From Polyangiaceae bacterium (GTDB lineage: Bacteria > Myxococcota_A > Polyangia > Polyangiales > Polyangiaceae): a DNA stretch of 64,000 nucleotides. Location: contig CBDCTZ010000016.1 in NCBI GenBank assembly GCA_965222375.1, positions 2,016,001 to 2,080,000 of the forward strand, read 5' to 3'. A program made the translations under genes and the position numbers. The number at the start of each line of letters is the position of its first letter. Within the stretch, counting starts at the first letter, position 1. Below are positions 19,511 through 29,424 of the stretch, in pieces. The notes beneath the pieces are model-generated. The model did no database searches. It was given only the letters and a program-made list of their open reading frames with translations, and was not told the DNA's origin.

Positions 19511-20749
19511 GTGGCCTACGACCGAGATGCGTTCATCGAGGACTTCTTGGCGGCTCAGCCGTCGGCGCATGTCTTCCAGGGCTTTCGCATCAGCCGCGTC
19601 GAGCCCGACCGCGTGCGTCAGGCCCTCGACGTCGAGCTGACCCACGACGATGGACGCGCACTCGTCTTGTTTCTCGAGCGTCGAGTTCCCGGTCGCGAAG
19701 CGCTGGCTACGACGGAGGCGCTGTCCGTCTCCTACTATCCTTCTCGAGAGGTCAGCGACGCCGAGGCCGCACAGCTGGGGCGAGCGTTTGCGTCCTTCCT
19801 TTCGCAGCGCGAGAAGGCGTTGGGGCCGGAAGCGGCACAGCGCACCCTGCGCCTGGGGGTGCGCCAGGGCACTCCGGATCGCTGCTTGGAATTGCGCATC
19901 AATCGCGAGTGCAACGAGCAATGCGTGTTCTGCAACACCCCCGAAGATTCCGAGACGATCTTGCCGGGCCCTGCGGCGATTGAAGACGCCTTGCGGGTCG
20001 AGCAGGCCGCTGGTCACAGCAGTGTCTTGTTCACCGGGCGCGAGCCAACTCTGGAACCAAGGCTACTCGGCTACGTACAGTTGGCGAAGTCTCTCGGATA
20101 CTCCCGCATCCGCGTCCAAACCAACGGAACCCGACTGGCCGACGAGGGTTTCTTGCGCAAACTGCTGAACGCGGGCGTGACGGAATTCGAGATCTCATTG
20201 CACACTCTGCAAGTCGCGACCTTCGAGCAGCTCGTCGGGAAGCGGTCCCTGTTGCTCAAGACCGAAGGCGGAATCGGCGCTGTTCTTCGAGCAGGGGCGC
20301 GGCTTCATCTGGTCACCGTCGCCACCACGCAGAACCTGCATGAGTTGCCAGACATGCTGCGGACTCTGGGCAAGCGCTACGCGGGCCGTCTGCGCCACCT
20401 GACTCTGAGCCCCATGGCACCGGTCGGGGACGGCGAGCAGCGCCTGGACCTGATTCCCCGATTTTCGAAGCTGACCCAGTCGCTGCCCAAGATCGTTGCT
20501 GCCGCCCGCGAGGCGCAAATTGACCTGGAGATCCCCTCCCGCTGCGGGCTACCCCTGTGCGTGACGCCGCCGGAGCTGCGGAGTCTCAATCTGGAAGCCA
20601 AGAACACGCCGGGCCTGACCCTCGAGACCGGCAAGCACAAGCCGCCCCAGTGCAGCCAGTGCCGCTTTGATGCGGTGTGCACCGGCGTGTGGTCGGCCTA
20701 CCTCGATCGCCACGGTAGCGACGAATTGGTCGCCGTGCCCGCGAGCTAG
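19511..20749 (+). CDS. Radical SAM protein (HxsC-like) with N-terminal extra module
   Basis: CNEQCVFC, TGREPT, QTNG, CSQCRFDAVCTG; GTG start inferred. Confidence 0.85.
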   Translation: MAYDRDAFIEDFLAAQPSAHVFQGFRISRVEPDRVRQALDVELTHDDGRALVLFLERRVPGREALATTEALSVSYYPSREVSDAEAAQLGRAFASFLSQREKALGPEAAQRTLRLGVRQGTPDRCLELRINRECNEQCVFCNTPEDSETILPGPAAIEDALRVEQAAGHSSVLFTGREPTLEPRLLGYVQLAKSLGYSRIRVQTNGTRLADEGFLRKLLNAGVTEFEISLHTLQVATFEQLVGKRSLLLKTEGGIGAVLRAGARLHLVTVATTQNLHELPDMLRTLGKRYAGRLRHLTLSPMAPVGDGEQRLDLIPRFSKLTQSLPKIVAAAREAQIDLEIPSRCGLPLCVTPPELRSLNLEAKNTPGLTLETGKHKPPQCSQCRFDAVCTGVWSAYLDRHGSDELVAVPAS

Positions 20750-20848
20750 ATTCGGGCTGTTTTGTTGCTGGCAACAGATGCGGGTTCGGGAGGCTTCCCG
20801 GAGACTTATATCGAGCTAGATTCGGGCTGTTTTGTTGCTGGCAACAGA
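20742..20848. repeat. Exact 37-bp direct repeat x2 with a 33-bp spacer
   Basis: CGAGCTAGATTCGGGCTGTTTTGTTGCTGGCAACAGA at 20742-20778 and 20812-20848. Confidence 0.9.
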
Positions 20849-20990
20849 GCTGACCTAGGCCCAACGGGGGCCGCTCCAAGCCCCTGGCCCGAGTTTCGGC
20901 GGGGCAGCGCGGAGCCTATGAGCGCGCCCGGTCGCAGGCCGCCGACCCACTCCATACACCGTACACCTATGTGCTCCATCATCTCACGCT

Positions 20991-21311
20991 ATGCGACTTT
21001 CGATGCGGTCGCGCATACCGCGAGACTGCCTCTTCCGGTACTATTTGAATGTGGGAGATCACGCTCCGCCATCCATCCGTAGCCGCAGCTTCACCGAAAT
21101 CAATGTGCTCGCCGAGCGCATCCATGCCGAGCTGAGCCCAACCGAGGGCATCACGGTTCAAGAGCTGGGAAGCCGCTTGAACCTGCGTGCATATGATTTG
21201 AGTCGACCGTTGCAGCGCTTGGTGGACGCCAAACGCGTCACCAAGCGCGTCGAAAACCACATGACGGTCTACTTCCAGGCCAACGAGACGCAGATCAACT
21301 TCAAGCCTTGA
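20991..21311 (+). CDS. Small hypothetical protein, possible winged-helix
   Basis: GITVQELGSRLNLRAYDLSRPLQRLVDAKRVTKR. Confidence 0.45.
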   Translation: MRLSMRSRIPRDCLFRYYLNVGDHAPPSIRSRSFTEINVLAERIHAELSPTEGITVQELGSRLNLRAYDLSRPLQRLVDAKRVTKRVENHMTVYFQANETQINFKP

Positions 21312-21639
21312 GGGCGTCGCAACGCTGCACGCGTGCAGCTAGTTGCTCGCGAACGCATGCGAGCTGCCTAGAGTGTTCCATCGGGGCCTGAGGCAGCTCT
21401 GTTGTCAGAACAAAAAAAACAATCCCACAACCGAGATGCCGCACTTCGCAAGCGGAGTGTCACGTCCCTGATGGGTGCCTGGTCCCTCGCTCCGACCTGC
21501 TTGAGACGTTCCGGCGCGTCGCGCTGGCCCCGGCCCTGCTCTCAGCATCGACTGATTTCTCCGGCCTCCAACTATTGGAAAGCACACGAGTTTACGAAGC
21601 GGCCGCAGAAAGTGTGAGCCATTGTCAGCCCCGGCGGCC

Positions 21640-22275
21640 ATGTTGGCTCGCGGATTTGCGATGGCTCGGCCTGTCCTCAAACTACCCACCGACACCCTGC
21701 GTCTACTCGCGCCGGCGGAGGAGACGGAATCCCTGGTGGATGCGCTCAAGGTGCGCAAGCCCTGGGCAGAGCGTGCGCTAGTTGAGGATCACACCGGCCA
21801 CGTTCAGCGACTGATCACTCGGGTCCTGGGCCCGCACCCGGATCTAGACGACTTGGTCCAAGAGGTGTTCATCCGAGCTTTGGATCGCGTGGACCAGCTT
21901 CGAGACGAAGGCGTCAAGCGCTGGCTGGGAGCGTTTGCCATCAACGTTGCCCGAGAGGCGCTCCGCAAACGGCGACGCTGGAGGTGGATCATGAGCGTCG
22001 CGCCTGAAGACACACCTGAAGTGGACTCAGGGGTCGCGTCGCCCGAGGTACAGGCGGCAATGCGCGCGCTGTATCGGCTGCTCGATGACATGGATCCCGA
22101 TGACCGCGTTGTCTTCACCCTGCGTAATATCGAAGGGCTCCAATTGCTCGACGTCGCAGCCATGGCTGACATGTCGCTCTCGACTGCCAAGCGCCGGATC
22201 AAGCGGGCAGAGGGTTGGCTCGTGTCGCACGCCAAACGGGATGTGCTCCTTTCGGATTGGGTGGAGGCACCATGA
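21640..22275 (+). CDS. ECF sigma-70 factor
   Basis: DDLVQEVF, WLGAFAINV, region 4 SLSTAKRRIKRA; start uncertain. Confidence 0.9.
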   Translation: MLARGFAMARPVLKLPTDTLRLLAPAEETESLVDALKVRKPWAERALVEDHTGHVQRLITRVLGPHPDLDDLVQEVFIRALDRVDQLRDEGVKRWLGAFAINVAREALRKRRRWRWIMSVAPEDTPEVDSGVASPEVQAAMRALYRLLDDMDPDDRVVFTLRNIEGLQLLDVAAMADMSLSTAKRRIKRAEGWLVSHAKRDVLLSDWVEAP

Positions 22276-23543
22276 CTGAGGCACTTGCCAACCTGACTAC
22301 CAAGGTCCGCGCCGCTCAAGACGAGGAGCTGGAGGCGCGCACCGAGTTGCCGGTGGAGCAACGACTGGCAGAGATCCACGCGGCGTTGGGGCGGCGCAGC
22401 GTTCGTGCAAAGCGCTCTCCCTACCTCGCGGGAGGTCTTGCGGTTGCGGCGGCCGCGGGAGTGTTGCTGTGGCTTTTCTTGCGCCCGGCGCCTCCACTGA
22501 CCGCAAAGCTGCAGAAGCGCGAAATCGCTTCAGGCACCTGGCTCCGCTCTGCCGGGGAGGCGGAGCCGGTGACTTTCTCCGACGGCACTGCCCTCACCCT
22601 CGCTCCCAACGCGGCGATGCGCCTGGTTCACGTGGACGATCGTGGCGCGACGGTCGCCCTGGAACGCGGCGAGCTGCACGTTTCGGTCGTGCATCGGGCG
22701 GATGCGCGCTGGCAGGTTGCCGCGGGGCCCTTTCACGTGCTCGTGACCGGCACGCGGTTCGACGCAAGCTTTGATCCTGCGGCTGAAACTCTCCGCGTCG
22801 CGATGGCCGAAGGGTCCGTGCAGGTCAGCGGAGGCTGTCTCGAACGGCCTCGTCGCCTCGCCGATCAAGAGGTTGCGGAATTCAGTTGCAAGCAGCAGGA
22901 GGGGCCGAAGCCGTCCAAGGCGTCATCCAAGTTGGCGCGGCCCAACAGGCCGGCGCAGCCCAGCTCGGCGCAGCCCAGCTCGGCGCAGCCCAGCTCGGCG
23001 CAGCCCAGCTTGGCGCAACCGGAAAACCCGCAGCCGACCATGCCCACACCATCGGGTGTGAGTTCGGTGGCGCTGCCCGCCCAGAGTTGGCAACAGCTCT
23101 CCAAGAACGGCCATTTCAAGGCGGCCTTGGCTGCTGCGGAGGCGCGAGGCTTCTCCACCCTATGCGCGAGTGGGGGCAGTGGCGGCTTGGTGGAGTTGGG
23201 CAATGTCGCTCGGTTGGCCGGCAACCCTGCCCGGGCTGCTGAGGCCTACCTGGCGCTCAGAAAGAGGTTTGCGGGTAGCGCGGCCGCAGGCACTGCTGCG
23301 TTTCAATTGGGGCGATTGGCCTTCGATGGCTCCGGAGACTACGCCGCAGCGCGGCGATGGTTCGGGGTCTATCTGCGAGAACAGCCCGGGGGTCGCTTCG
23401 CTCAGGAGGCGCTCGGGCGGCGAATGGAAGCGGAGCAGCGCCAAGGAGATCGCGAAGCAGCGTCGGCGACGGCCGCACGCTACCTCGCGCGGTTTCCCTC
23501 GGGCGCTCATGCGGCGCTGGCTCACTCTCTCTCGAGTGAATGA
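22272..23543 (+). CDS. FecR-domain anti-sigma factor with C-terminal TPR
   Basis: TM helix, VTGTRFDA FecR motif, TPR helices; ATGA overlap with the sigma gene. Confidence 0.8.
   Translation: MTEALANLTTKVRAAQDEELEARTELPVEQRLAEIHAALGRRSVRAKRSPYLAGGLAVAAAAGVLLWLFLRPAPPLTAKLQKREIASGTWLRSAGEAEPVTFSDGTALTLAPNAAMRLVHVDDRGATVALERGELHVSVVHRADARWQVAAGPFHVLVTGTRFDASFDPAAETLRVAMAEGSVQVSGGCLERPRRLADQEVAEFSCKQQEGPKPSKASSKLARPNRPAQPSSAQPSSAQPSSAQPSLAQPENPQPTMPTPSGVSSVALPAQSWQQLSKNGHFKAALAAAEARGFSTLCASGGSGGLVELGNVARLAGNPARAAEAYLALRKRFAGSAAAGTAAFQLGRLAFDGSGDYAAARRWFGVYLREQPGGRFAQEALGRRMEAEQRQGDREAASATAARYLARFPSGAHAALAHSLSSE
22951..23010 (+). repeat. 15-bp tandem repeat x4 (AQPSS linker)
   Basis: CGGCGCAGCCCAGCT four exact copies. 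Confidence 0.9.
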
Positions 23544-24577
23544 TTTCCGGAGCCGCCAGAGCCGTCGGACTCGGCTGTGCCCTGCTGCTCGGGGCGAGCT
23601 CCGCTAGCGCAGCGAGCGTTCGTTACTTTTCCGATGCTTCCGAGCCCTTCAATCGCCGAGTCGTTGCGGAGATCGAAAGCGTCGGCTTTGAGGTGGAGCA
23701 ACCGGAATCGGAGCTGAGTACGTTGCCCCAGGATACTGTCGCCCTAGTCCGTGTTTCGACAGCGTCCCCATTGGTCGAAGTGTGGCTAGTTGACGGCAAG
23801 AGCCTGCGACTGGCAGCGACAATGAAGCGTGACTCGGCGCTTTCTGACGATCAGGACAGCGTGCGCATTGCCGAAAGGGTTCGTGGCTTGCTCGCCCCCC
23901 TGGCGAAAAAGTCCCAAGCCGCTGCGGGTGTCCTTCCGGTCGCGCCGGAACCGATCCCCCCGCCGGCGCCCAAGCCCGCGCCAAGTTCAACCCCGCTTGA
24001 GCAGCCCGTCTCGGAGCCGGCGCCCGCGCCCGTCGACCGACAATCCACCTTCCAGGGGCCGCATCATCCAGGCGATTGGGATGCGGCGGCTTCTTTAGGC
24101 GTGCAATCCCTGCCCGGAGGTGCCGGTGCGAGCGCCCTGCTCTCCCTTCGGCGCAGGATTGTGGGACCGTCCTTTGGGCAGCTCGGAGCTGCGCTGCCCC
24201 TCACCGCGTCGACCATCGAGCGACAAGGCGCTAGCGCCGACGTCGATGCGCGTCTGGTTTTCGCGACTCTGAGCTACGCTTGGCTGGAGAGCAGCCGCTT
24301 CGGGCTTCACAGCGGCGCCGGCGCGAGTGTGGCTTGGGTGGAAGCTCGTGGCAACGCACGACTGCCTCAACGCGCGCAGAACGACTCCACGACCGCCGTA
24401 CTCCCTCACGTCACGACGGATGTGACGCTCAAACTCACCTCCCGACTCGCGCTTGGCGCTGGCGCGCTCGTCGCCTACTCGCCCAAGGATGTGGACGTAG
24501 CGTTCGGCGACGAGGTCGTCGGTAGCTTTGGTCGCCCGCTGGTGCTGGGTTTCGTCGGCATGTCGATACGTCCTTAG
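23540..24577 (+). CDS. Exported protein with possible beta-barrel C-terminus (third gene of the ECF operon)
   Basis: Signal peptide, Pro-rich linker, amphipathic strands. Confidence 0.65.
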   Translation: MISGAARAVGLGCALLLGASSASAASVRYFSDASEPFNRRVVAEIESVGFEVEQPESELSTLPQDTVALVRVSTASPLVEVWLVDGKSLRLAATMKRDSALSDDQDSVRIAERVRGLLAPLAKKSQAAAGVLPVAPEPIPPPAPKPAPSSTPLEQPVSEPAPAPVDRQSTFQGPHHPGDWDAAASLGVQSLPGGAGASALLSLRRRIVGPSFGQLGAALPLTASTIERQGASADVDARLVFATLSYAWLESSRFGLHSGAGASVAWVEARGNARLPQRAQNDSTTAVLPHVTTDVTLKLTSRLALGAGALVAYSPKDVDVAFGDEVVGSFGRPLVLGFVGMSIRP

Positions 24578-24597
24578 CTCCCCGCGTCTGTGAGGCA

Positions 24598-26289
24598 CTA
24601 GTCTGCGGGCGCTTCGCTTCCCATACTAAGCAGCTCGCGCAAGCTGACGGCGGCGAGTTCCTCCAGGCCGAACTTGTCGGCGTACGCTCGCAGCACTTCT
24701 CGGGGGCAATGAGCGGAAAGAGCACAGTCCGCAACGTGAGGGCAGGCCACGGCAGACGCGACGAAGGCGTCATGCTGTTCTGCCGCCTCGGAGTGCGAGT
24801 AGGCGCCTTCGGTGTATTCGCGCCCGGGCAGCCCGCGCATTTGCGCGCTGTGCGCCAAGAAGGCGTCCAAGCCGTGGCCACCCTGCGCCAAGCGACGCGA
24901 CGTGACGCACGCGGGTAGGCCATCAACGAAGACCGCAGCGTCTGTGGTGATCGTAGACTTCGCGATTTCGGAGAAACTGGCGGCGCATTCTCCAAACCGG
25001 TCTGTTGGCAACTCGCTGGATGGGTACGGCGTCGCAATGCGCAGCCGGAGTCCCCTTCGCGTCGCGAAATCCTGTAATTGCTGTAGTCCGCCGAGGTTGC
25101 CTCGAACGGCGACGCTGCTCAGCGTCACGCGGACGCTCGGAAGCGTGCCAAGCACGTCCAACGCGCGCAGGACGCGTGCGTGACTCCCACTCGTGCCCGT
25201 GACGCGATCGTGTACCGCGGCGGCGGCAGCGTAGAGGGGAACGAAGACTTCCGTTTCGGGGAGCGCTGCAAAGAGCTGCTGGGCAAAGCCTGCATCTTCC
25301 AGGCGGGTGCAAGGTGAATACAGAGCAACCTCGCGAAAACCCAGTCGGGTGATGCTTTGAGCTAGGTCGAGGATGCCGTCGAGGGCCAAGGGGTCGTAGC
25401 CGTTCAAGCGCAGTTTTCGAATGCCCTGCGCTGCGGCGTTTTCCAGGTCCCGCAACAATGCGGTGGTCGGCAGTTCGTGAGACGCCCACGCTGGGGATAG
25501 GTCCTTCACCGAACAGAACGTGCATGCTTGCCCGCATTCCGCGTCGATAGCCAAGTTCAGCCACTCGGAGCTGCCCCTGACCACGGGTAGCTGGTGCGTG
25601 GTGGGGGCCAGGGCGTTCGCTTCCGGGAAATGCACGCGCAAGTTTGGGCCGTCTCGCAGGCTGAGATGGGTAGCCAGCCAGGTAACCAGAAGTTCCGCCT
25701 GCGCGGGGACTTCGCCCCGATTGGTCAAGTAGGAAATGGAAAAATGGCTGGTCTGAGCGAAGCTGCGAGCGGCGCTCTTCGCCGCAATTTCGACGCGCAA
25801 GGTGCTGCCCGTGTCGTGTTCGAAGTTCAGCTCCAAGGCCAGCTGCATCGCTGCGGTCGCCCGCGACGATGGCACCACGCCCTTTAGCCTCCAACCGAAG
25901 GGCGCCGGCGCCGTCAAAGTAAGCTCAGGCCCGAGTAACTCGAGCAAGCTCTGGGGGGACAGCTCCATTTCCGTCCCAGCTTTCGGTCCGTAGAACAGCA
26001 GCGAAGTCAGGGGTGCATCCTCGGCGTCCAGAGCGTCTTCGATCTCTTGCGCCAAACCACCCGCGAGGGAGAGCAGGGCGGCATGTTCCGCGGCTTCCAA
26101 CTGCTCCGGGGCCGAGAGGCGCGCGCTGACCCGCGTGCCGCAAATCGCGTCACCCCCCACTCCCGGGGTGCGCACGGTGATGCGCTGGCGCTTCCCAGCC
26201 TCGGAGCAGAACTCGAAGTTCAGAACGTCCGCCCGGCCCGCCACCTGCAGTAGCACCCAACCAGGGGTGGGCTCGAGCTTGGTCAGCAC
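24598..26289 (-). CDS. Radical SAM protein with long N-terminal extension
   Basis: CGQACTFC; GTG at 26289 overlaps the upstream TAG (start inferred). Confidence 0.8.
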   Translation of the reverse strand: MLTKLEPTPGWVLLQVAGRADVLNFEFCSEAGKRQRITVRTPGVGGDAICGTRVSARLSAPEQLEAAEHAALLSLAGGLAQEIEDALDAEDAPLTSLLFYGPKAGTEMELSPQSLLELLGPELTLTAPAPFGWRLKGVVPSSRATAAMQLALELNFEHDTGSTLRVEIAAKSAARSFAQTSHFSISYLTNRGEVPAQAELLVTWLATHLSLRDGPNLRVHFPEANALAPTTHQLPVVRGSSEWLNLAIDAECGQACTFCSVKDLSPAWASHELPTTALLRDLENAAAQGIRKLRLNGYDPLALDGILDLAQSITRLGFREVALYSPCTRLEDAGFAQQLFAALPETEVFVPLYAAAAAVHDRVTGTSGSHARVLRALDVLGTLPSVRVTLSSVAVRGNLGGLQQLQDFATRRGLRLRIATPYPSSELPTDRFGECAASFSEIAKSTITTDAAVFVDGLPACVTSRRLAQGGHGLDAFLAHSAQMRGLPGREYTEGAYSHSEAAEQHDAFVASAVACPHVADCALSAHCPREVLRAYADKFGLEELAAVSLRELLSMGSEAPAD

Positions 26290-27938
26290 TAGCGTTGTCC
26301 CCGAATCGCGCTGGAGAGTCCACCGCGTGCCGCTCGCCAAATGTCTTCCGCCACGGCCAAAGACAGTTCCGCGCGCTGCCTCAAGCCTTCGAAACGGGAC
26401 TTGTCCGTGCCGGCAAGAAGCCTTTCGCACTCCGCTGTCCGCTGGCGACAGCGCGCCAAGAGCTCGCTTCGTCTGACGCCCACGGCGCGCTCGAAGTCGT
26501 CCGGTGTACTTAGATGTTCCCAGACTTCGCGGCACACCTGTGGCAAGTCTTCTTCGTAAAAATCGACCAGGGGCAGCAGTGCGTCTTTACGCCCCGCATT
26601 CTTGCAGCGGCGCAGAGTCGGCTCCGCGAGAGCGCCGAGCTCCGAGATCTGTGCGACGGGCATGCGATGGGTCAGCAAGACGTGTACGGACATGTCGTGT
26701 CCAACGACGGCGAGGTGTTCACACCAGAAACGATTCGGGACCCGCAGCGCGAGCTTGCGTGCGTGCCTGGCGTAGAATGCCGCGGCCCCGACATTGATGC
26801 CGATGCTGCCCTCGACATAGAGATCCAGCCAGCTGCGCGGGTCGACGCGGTAATCATCCACGGGCATCAGCCGAGCGCGAAAGCCGGTGTTCAGCACGTC
26901 CATTTCGACGAGTAGCCGGCGGAGAGTTTCCGGGGTCGGTACTGTGCGCACCAGGCCGTCCTCTTCCACAAAGTAGCCCAGAGCGCGAAGGTAGTCCGAA
27001 AGAACGCGTCGCTGTAGGAAAGGCTCCGGCGCCGCAAGAAAGTAACTCGGCCCTGTGGCGAGCCGGGAAGGTATGGGTGCGAACAGGACGCGGAGCGCCG
27101 AGCGTGGCGCTTCGAAATACTCCGCGTGACACCGGGCTCCGAAATACTCGCTGGCCGCTGTGAGGGTGGGCTGCAGTAGCGAAAGTTCCTTGCTCAGCGC
27201 TTCGTCGTCGGGAGCTTCCACCCTTCGGAGTTTGCGTTGCGGGCTCCACGGCCCGGAGTTGGATGAGGTACGCGACGGAAAAGACAGCTGAGTTTCGCGC
27301 AGGGTCAGCGCCAGGGCACAAAGCTGAGCTAGGGCGCACAGCTCTGGTCTGGCCTCGTCCTCTTCCGGGCCGAGGGTCTGCATGGATATCGAGAGCCTGT
27401 CGGATCGCAGCATCGCGCGCCGGGCGTGACCCCGTGCGATGCCGAGAAGTACGCGGCAGCGGGAGCCTTTCGCTCCGAACTCGATCGTCAGCACGTCGCC
27501 AGACCGAAATACGTCGGAGATTTCGGAGCCCTTTGGCAGGTCCGTGGTCATCATTTCAGCGAGCAGGGCGCGCACGCCCTTTGGGGCAAAGTCGAATTTC
27601 CGATCACCCGGGCAGCCGGCGAGCCCCTGGGGGAATCGTGCGGTGTCGGTTTGGGTCAGCCAATCGTCGACACTGCTGCCAACGACTTGCATCAGTTCGG
27701 CAGCGTTCGCACGATGCTCCAAGTTGCCAGTTGGCAGCTCGGCCTCGTAGAACAAAGACACGTGCCTCAGCCGCGCTATCTGCCGATCTAGCGAGGTCGC
27801 GGGCATCACGATCACTTTCACGTGACCGGCCCCGTCCGTGGCGTCATAGCGCAACACGAGTCGGTCCGAACCGTCCTGCCGCACGCCAGCCAGGCGAAAG
27901 CCGTCAGATGCGAAGGGGATCCCAAGCAGTGTAGACAT
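26289..27938 (-). CDS. Hypothetical protein (549 aa)
   Basis: Long ORF coupled to the rSAM gene; HDMSVH possible metal-binding motif. Confidence 0.6.
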   Translation of the reverse strand: MSTLLGIPFASDGFRLAGVRQDGSDRLVLRYDATDGAGHVKVIVMPATSLDRQIARLRHVSLFYEAELPTGNLEHRANAAELMQVVGSSVDDWLTQTDTARFPQGLAGCPGDRKFDFAPKGVRALLAEMMTTDLPKGSEISDVFRSGDVLTIEFGAKGSRCRVLLGIARGHARRAMLRSDRLSISMQTLGPEEDEARPELCALAQLCALALTLRETQLSFPSRTSSNSGPWSPQRKLRRVEAPDDEALSKELSLLQPTLTAASEYFGARCHAEYFEAPRSALRVLFAPIPSRLATGPSYFLAAPEPFLQRRVLSDYLRALGYFVEEDGLVRTVPTPETLRRLLVEMDVLNTGFRARLMPVDDYRVDPRSWLDLYVEGSIGINVGAAAFYARHARKLALRVPNRFWCEHLAVVGHDMSVHVLLTHRMPVAQISELGALAEPTLRRCKNAGRKDALLPLVDFYEEDLPQVCREVWEHLSTPDDFERAVGVRRSELLARCRQRTAECERLLAGTDKSRFEGLRQRAELSLAVAEDIWRAARGGLSSAIRGQR

Positions 27939-28132
27939 CCCGGGATCCGAGTGTAGCAGGTTGTCGATCGCGTCACATTCGGGGAGCTAGAGGAGTCCGA
28001 CGGCGGCAATGCCGATCTGATCCGAACTGACCCAAGGCACGACAGCGACGTTGCGCTCTTCCAGTATGCCTGTGCCGAAAGCGCACGGATTGTCAGCGCA
28101 GCGTCAGTGTCCCGTCACCGCTTGGCTCGTTT

Positions 28133-28378
28133 TCAAGCGTGCCGTCGCTGCTGCGCGTCAGCTTCGTCCCGCTTCACTACGCGGTTGCCAAACTCCGGGG
28201 GTGGTGCCGTGTGCACCGGTGTTTCCTCCGCTTTGGGCCCTCCGCCGCTGATGGGGTTCGCGGGTTTCGGTGGTGGCGGGCGAGGTGGCGGAGGAGCCGC
28301 GCAGGCGACGGCCACTAGCGCGGAGCTGCTCGCCGCCACGATGCTCGTGAGCCAGCCTTGTCGCCGCGTGACGTCCAT
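28133..28378 (-). CDS. Small Pro-rich lipoprotein
   Basis: MDVTRRQGWL..LVAVAC lipobox followed by a Pro-rich segment. Confidence 0.5.
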   Translation of the reverse strand: MDVTRRQGWLTSIVAASSSALVAVACAAPPPPRPPPPKPANPISGGGPKAEETPVHTAPPPEFGNRVVKRDEADAQQRRHA

Positions 28379-28404
28379 GGGGTCTCCTTGGCCTACTCTG
28401 AAAG

Positions 28405-29424
28405 CTACTCGGCAGCGCTCCGGAGCACCGGAGCGAACTCGTCCCAGCCAAACCGCACTAGGTAGTTCTTCCAAACGCCTTCACACTGGGATTCGTAGCG
28501 GCAGTCGGCGCACTCGCCGCGCTTCTCGCGTTCTGCGTCGTCCAGGTCCGAGCGCATCACCATCAGCAGCTTCTTGCCCCCACCCTCTCCGCGACGCTCG
28601 ACCTTCTTGTCTACCGGCAACTCGACTCGACTCTCTAGATCGTAGTGCCGGTACTTCTCGACGTAACCGCGGTTGAAGTCCGGGATTTGCTCGGTCGTGC
28701 ACAGGGGGATGTCCACGAGAAATGCCATCGGCTGCGGCTCTCGCAAGCTGTCGAGGCAGCGCCGGAATTTGGCTGCGGTTTCCGTATATGAAGCGAAAAG
28801 CTGTTCGAAGTAGGTATGCGCCCGGCCGTTGGCTTGCATGACATTGAAGACCACCTGGTCCACTCCCTGGCTGCGCAAGAAGCTGTAGATCTCTGCCATA
28901 TGAGGCAGGTTGCGCTTGGTCAGCACCGTTGAAGTGTGCAACTCCACGCCGTAGGGTTTGAGTCGCGCGGCGCTCTTCAGGCCTCCGACGGTTTGCTCGA
29001 AGCTGCCGGGGGTGCGAGTCAGCCCCTCGTGGAGCGCCTTTTCATGACCGTGGATTGAAATGTAGACGCGGTTTAACCCACGTTTGGCCAGAGCCGCCGT
29101 GTAGGGCAGGTGACTCATCCGCCGGCCGTTGCTCATCACACTGATGAGCCGGTATCCGAGTTCCTTCGCCCAGCCTACGAACATCGGGAAGTCATCGCGC
29201 GTGGTGGGTTCCCCACTCGTGAAGCAGACTTCCTCGTAGCCTCTGTGTTGCTCCAGCACCCAGCGGACCCGCTCGGGGGTCATGGCGGAGTTGTTGATGT
29301 AGCGACCCTCGCGGTCCTCCTCCATACAGAAGATGCAGTTGTTGTTGCACACGGCCCCAATCGGAACGTGGAGCCGCTCTGCGCGCTTCTCGATGCGCTT
29401 GGCGATGTCGCGCTCGCTAGCCAC
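28405..29424 (-). CDS. Radical SAM protein (HxsC-like)
   Basis: CNNNCIFC, SGEPT, DIPLC, CADCRYESQCEG; start inferred. Confidence 0.85.
   Translation of the reverse strand: MASERDIAKRIEKRAERLHVPIGAVCNNNCIFCMEEDREGRYINNSAMTPERVRWVLEQHRGYEEVCFTSGEPTTRDDFPMFVGWAKELGYRLISVMSNGRRMSHLPYTAALAKRGLNRVYISIHGHEKALHEGLTRTPGSFEQTVGGLKSAARLKPYGVELHTSTVLTKRNLPHMAEIYSFLRSQGVDQVVFNVMQANGRAHTYFEQLFASYTETAAKFRRCLDSLREPQPMAFLVDIPLCTTEQIPDFNRGYVEKYRHYDLESRVELPVDKKVERRGEGGGKKLLMVMRSDLDDAEREKRGECADCRYESQCEGVWKNYLVRFGWDEFAPVLRSAAE

Noticed and set aside
20742..20848. CRISPR array
   Set aside because: Only two repeats, one overlapping a stop codon, and no cas genes in the window.
22951..23010. Tandem repeats (also 5425-5496, 58205-58264) as regulatory or phase-variable arrays
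   Set aside because: Unit lengths are multiples of 3 and encode low-complexity linkers.
28133..28378. RiPP/HxsA precursor for the radical SAM cluster
   Set aside because: No His-Xaa-Ser repeats; it looks like a Pro-rich lipoprotein. Not fully excluded as a substrate.
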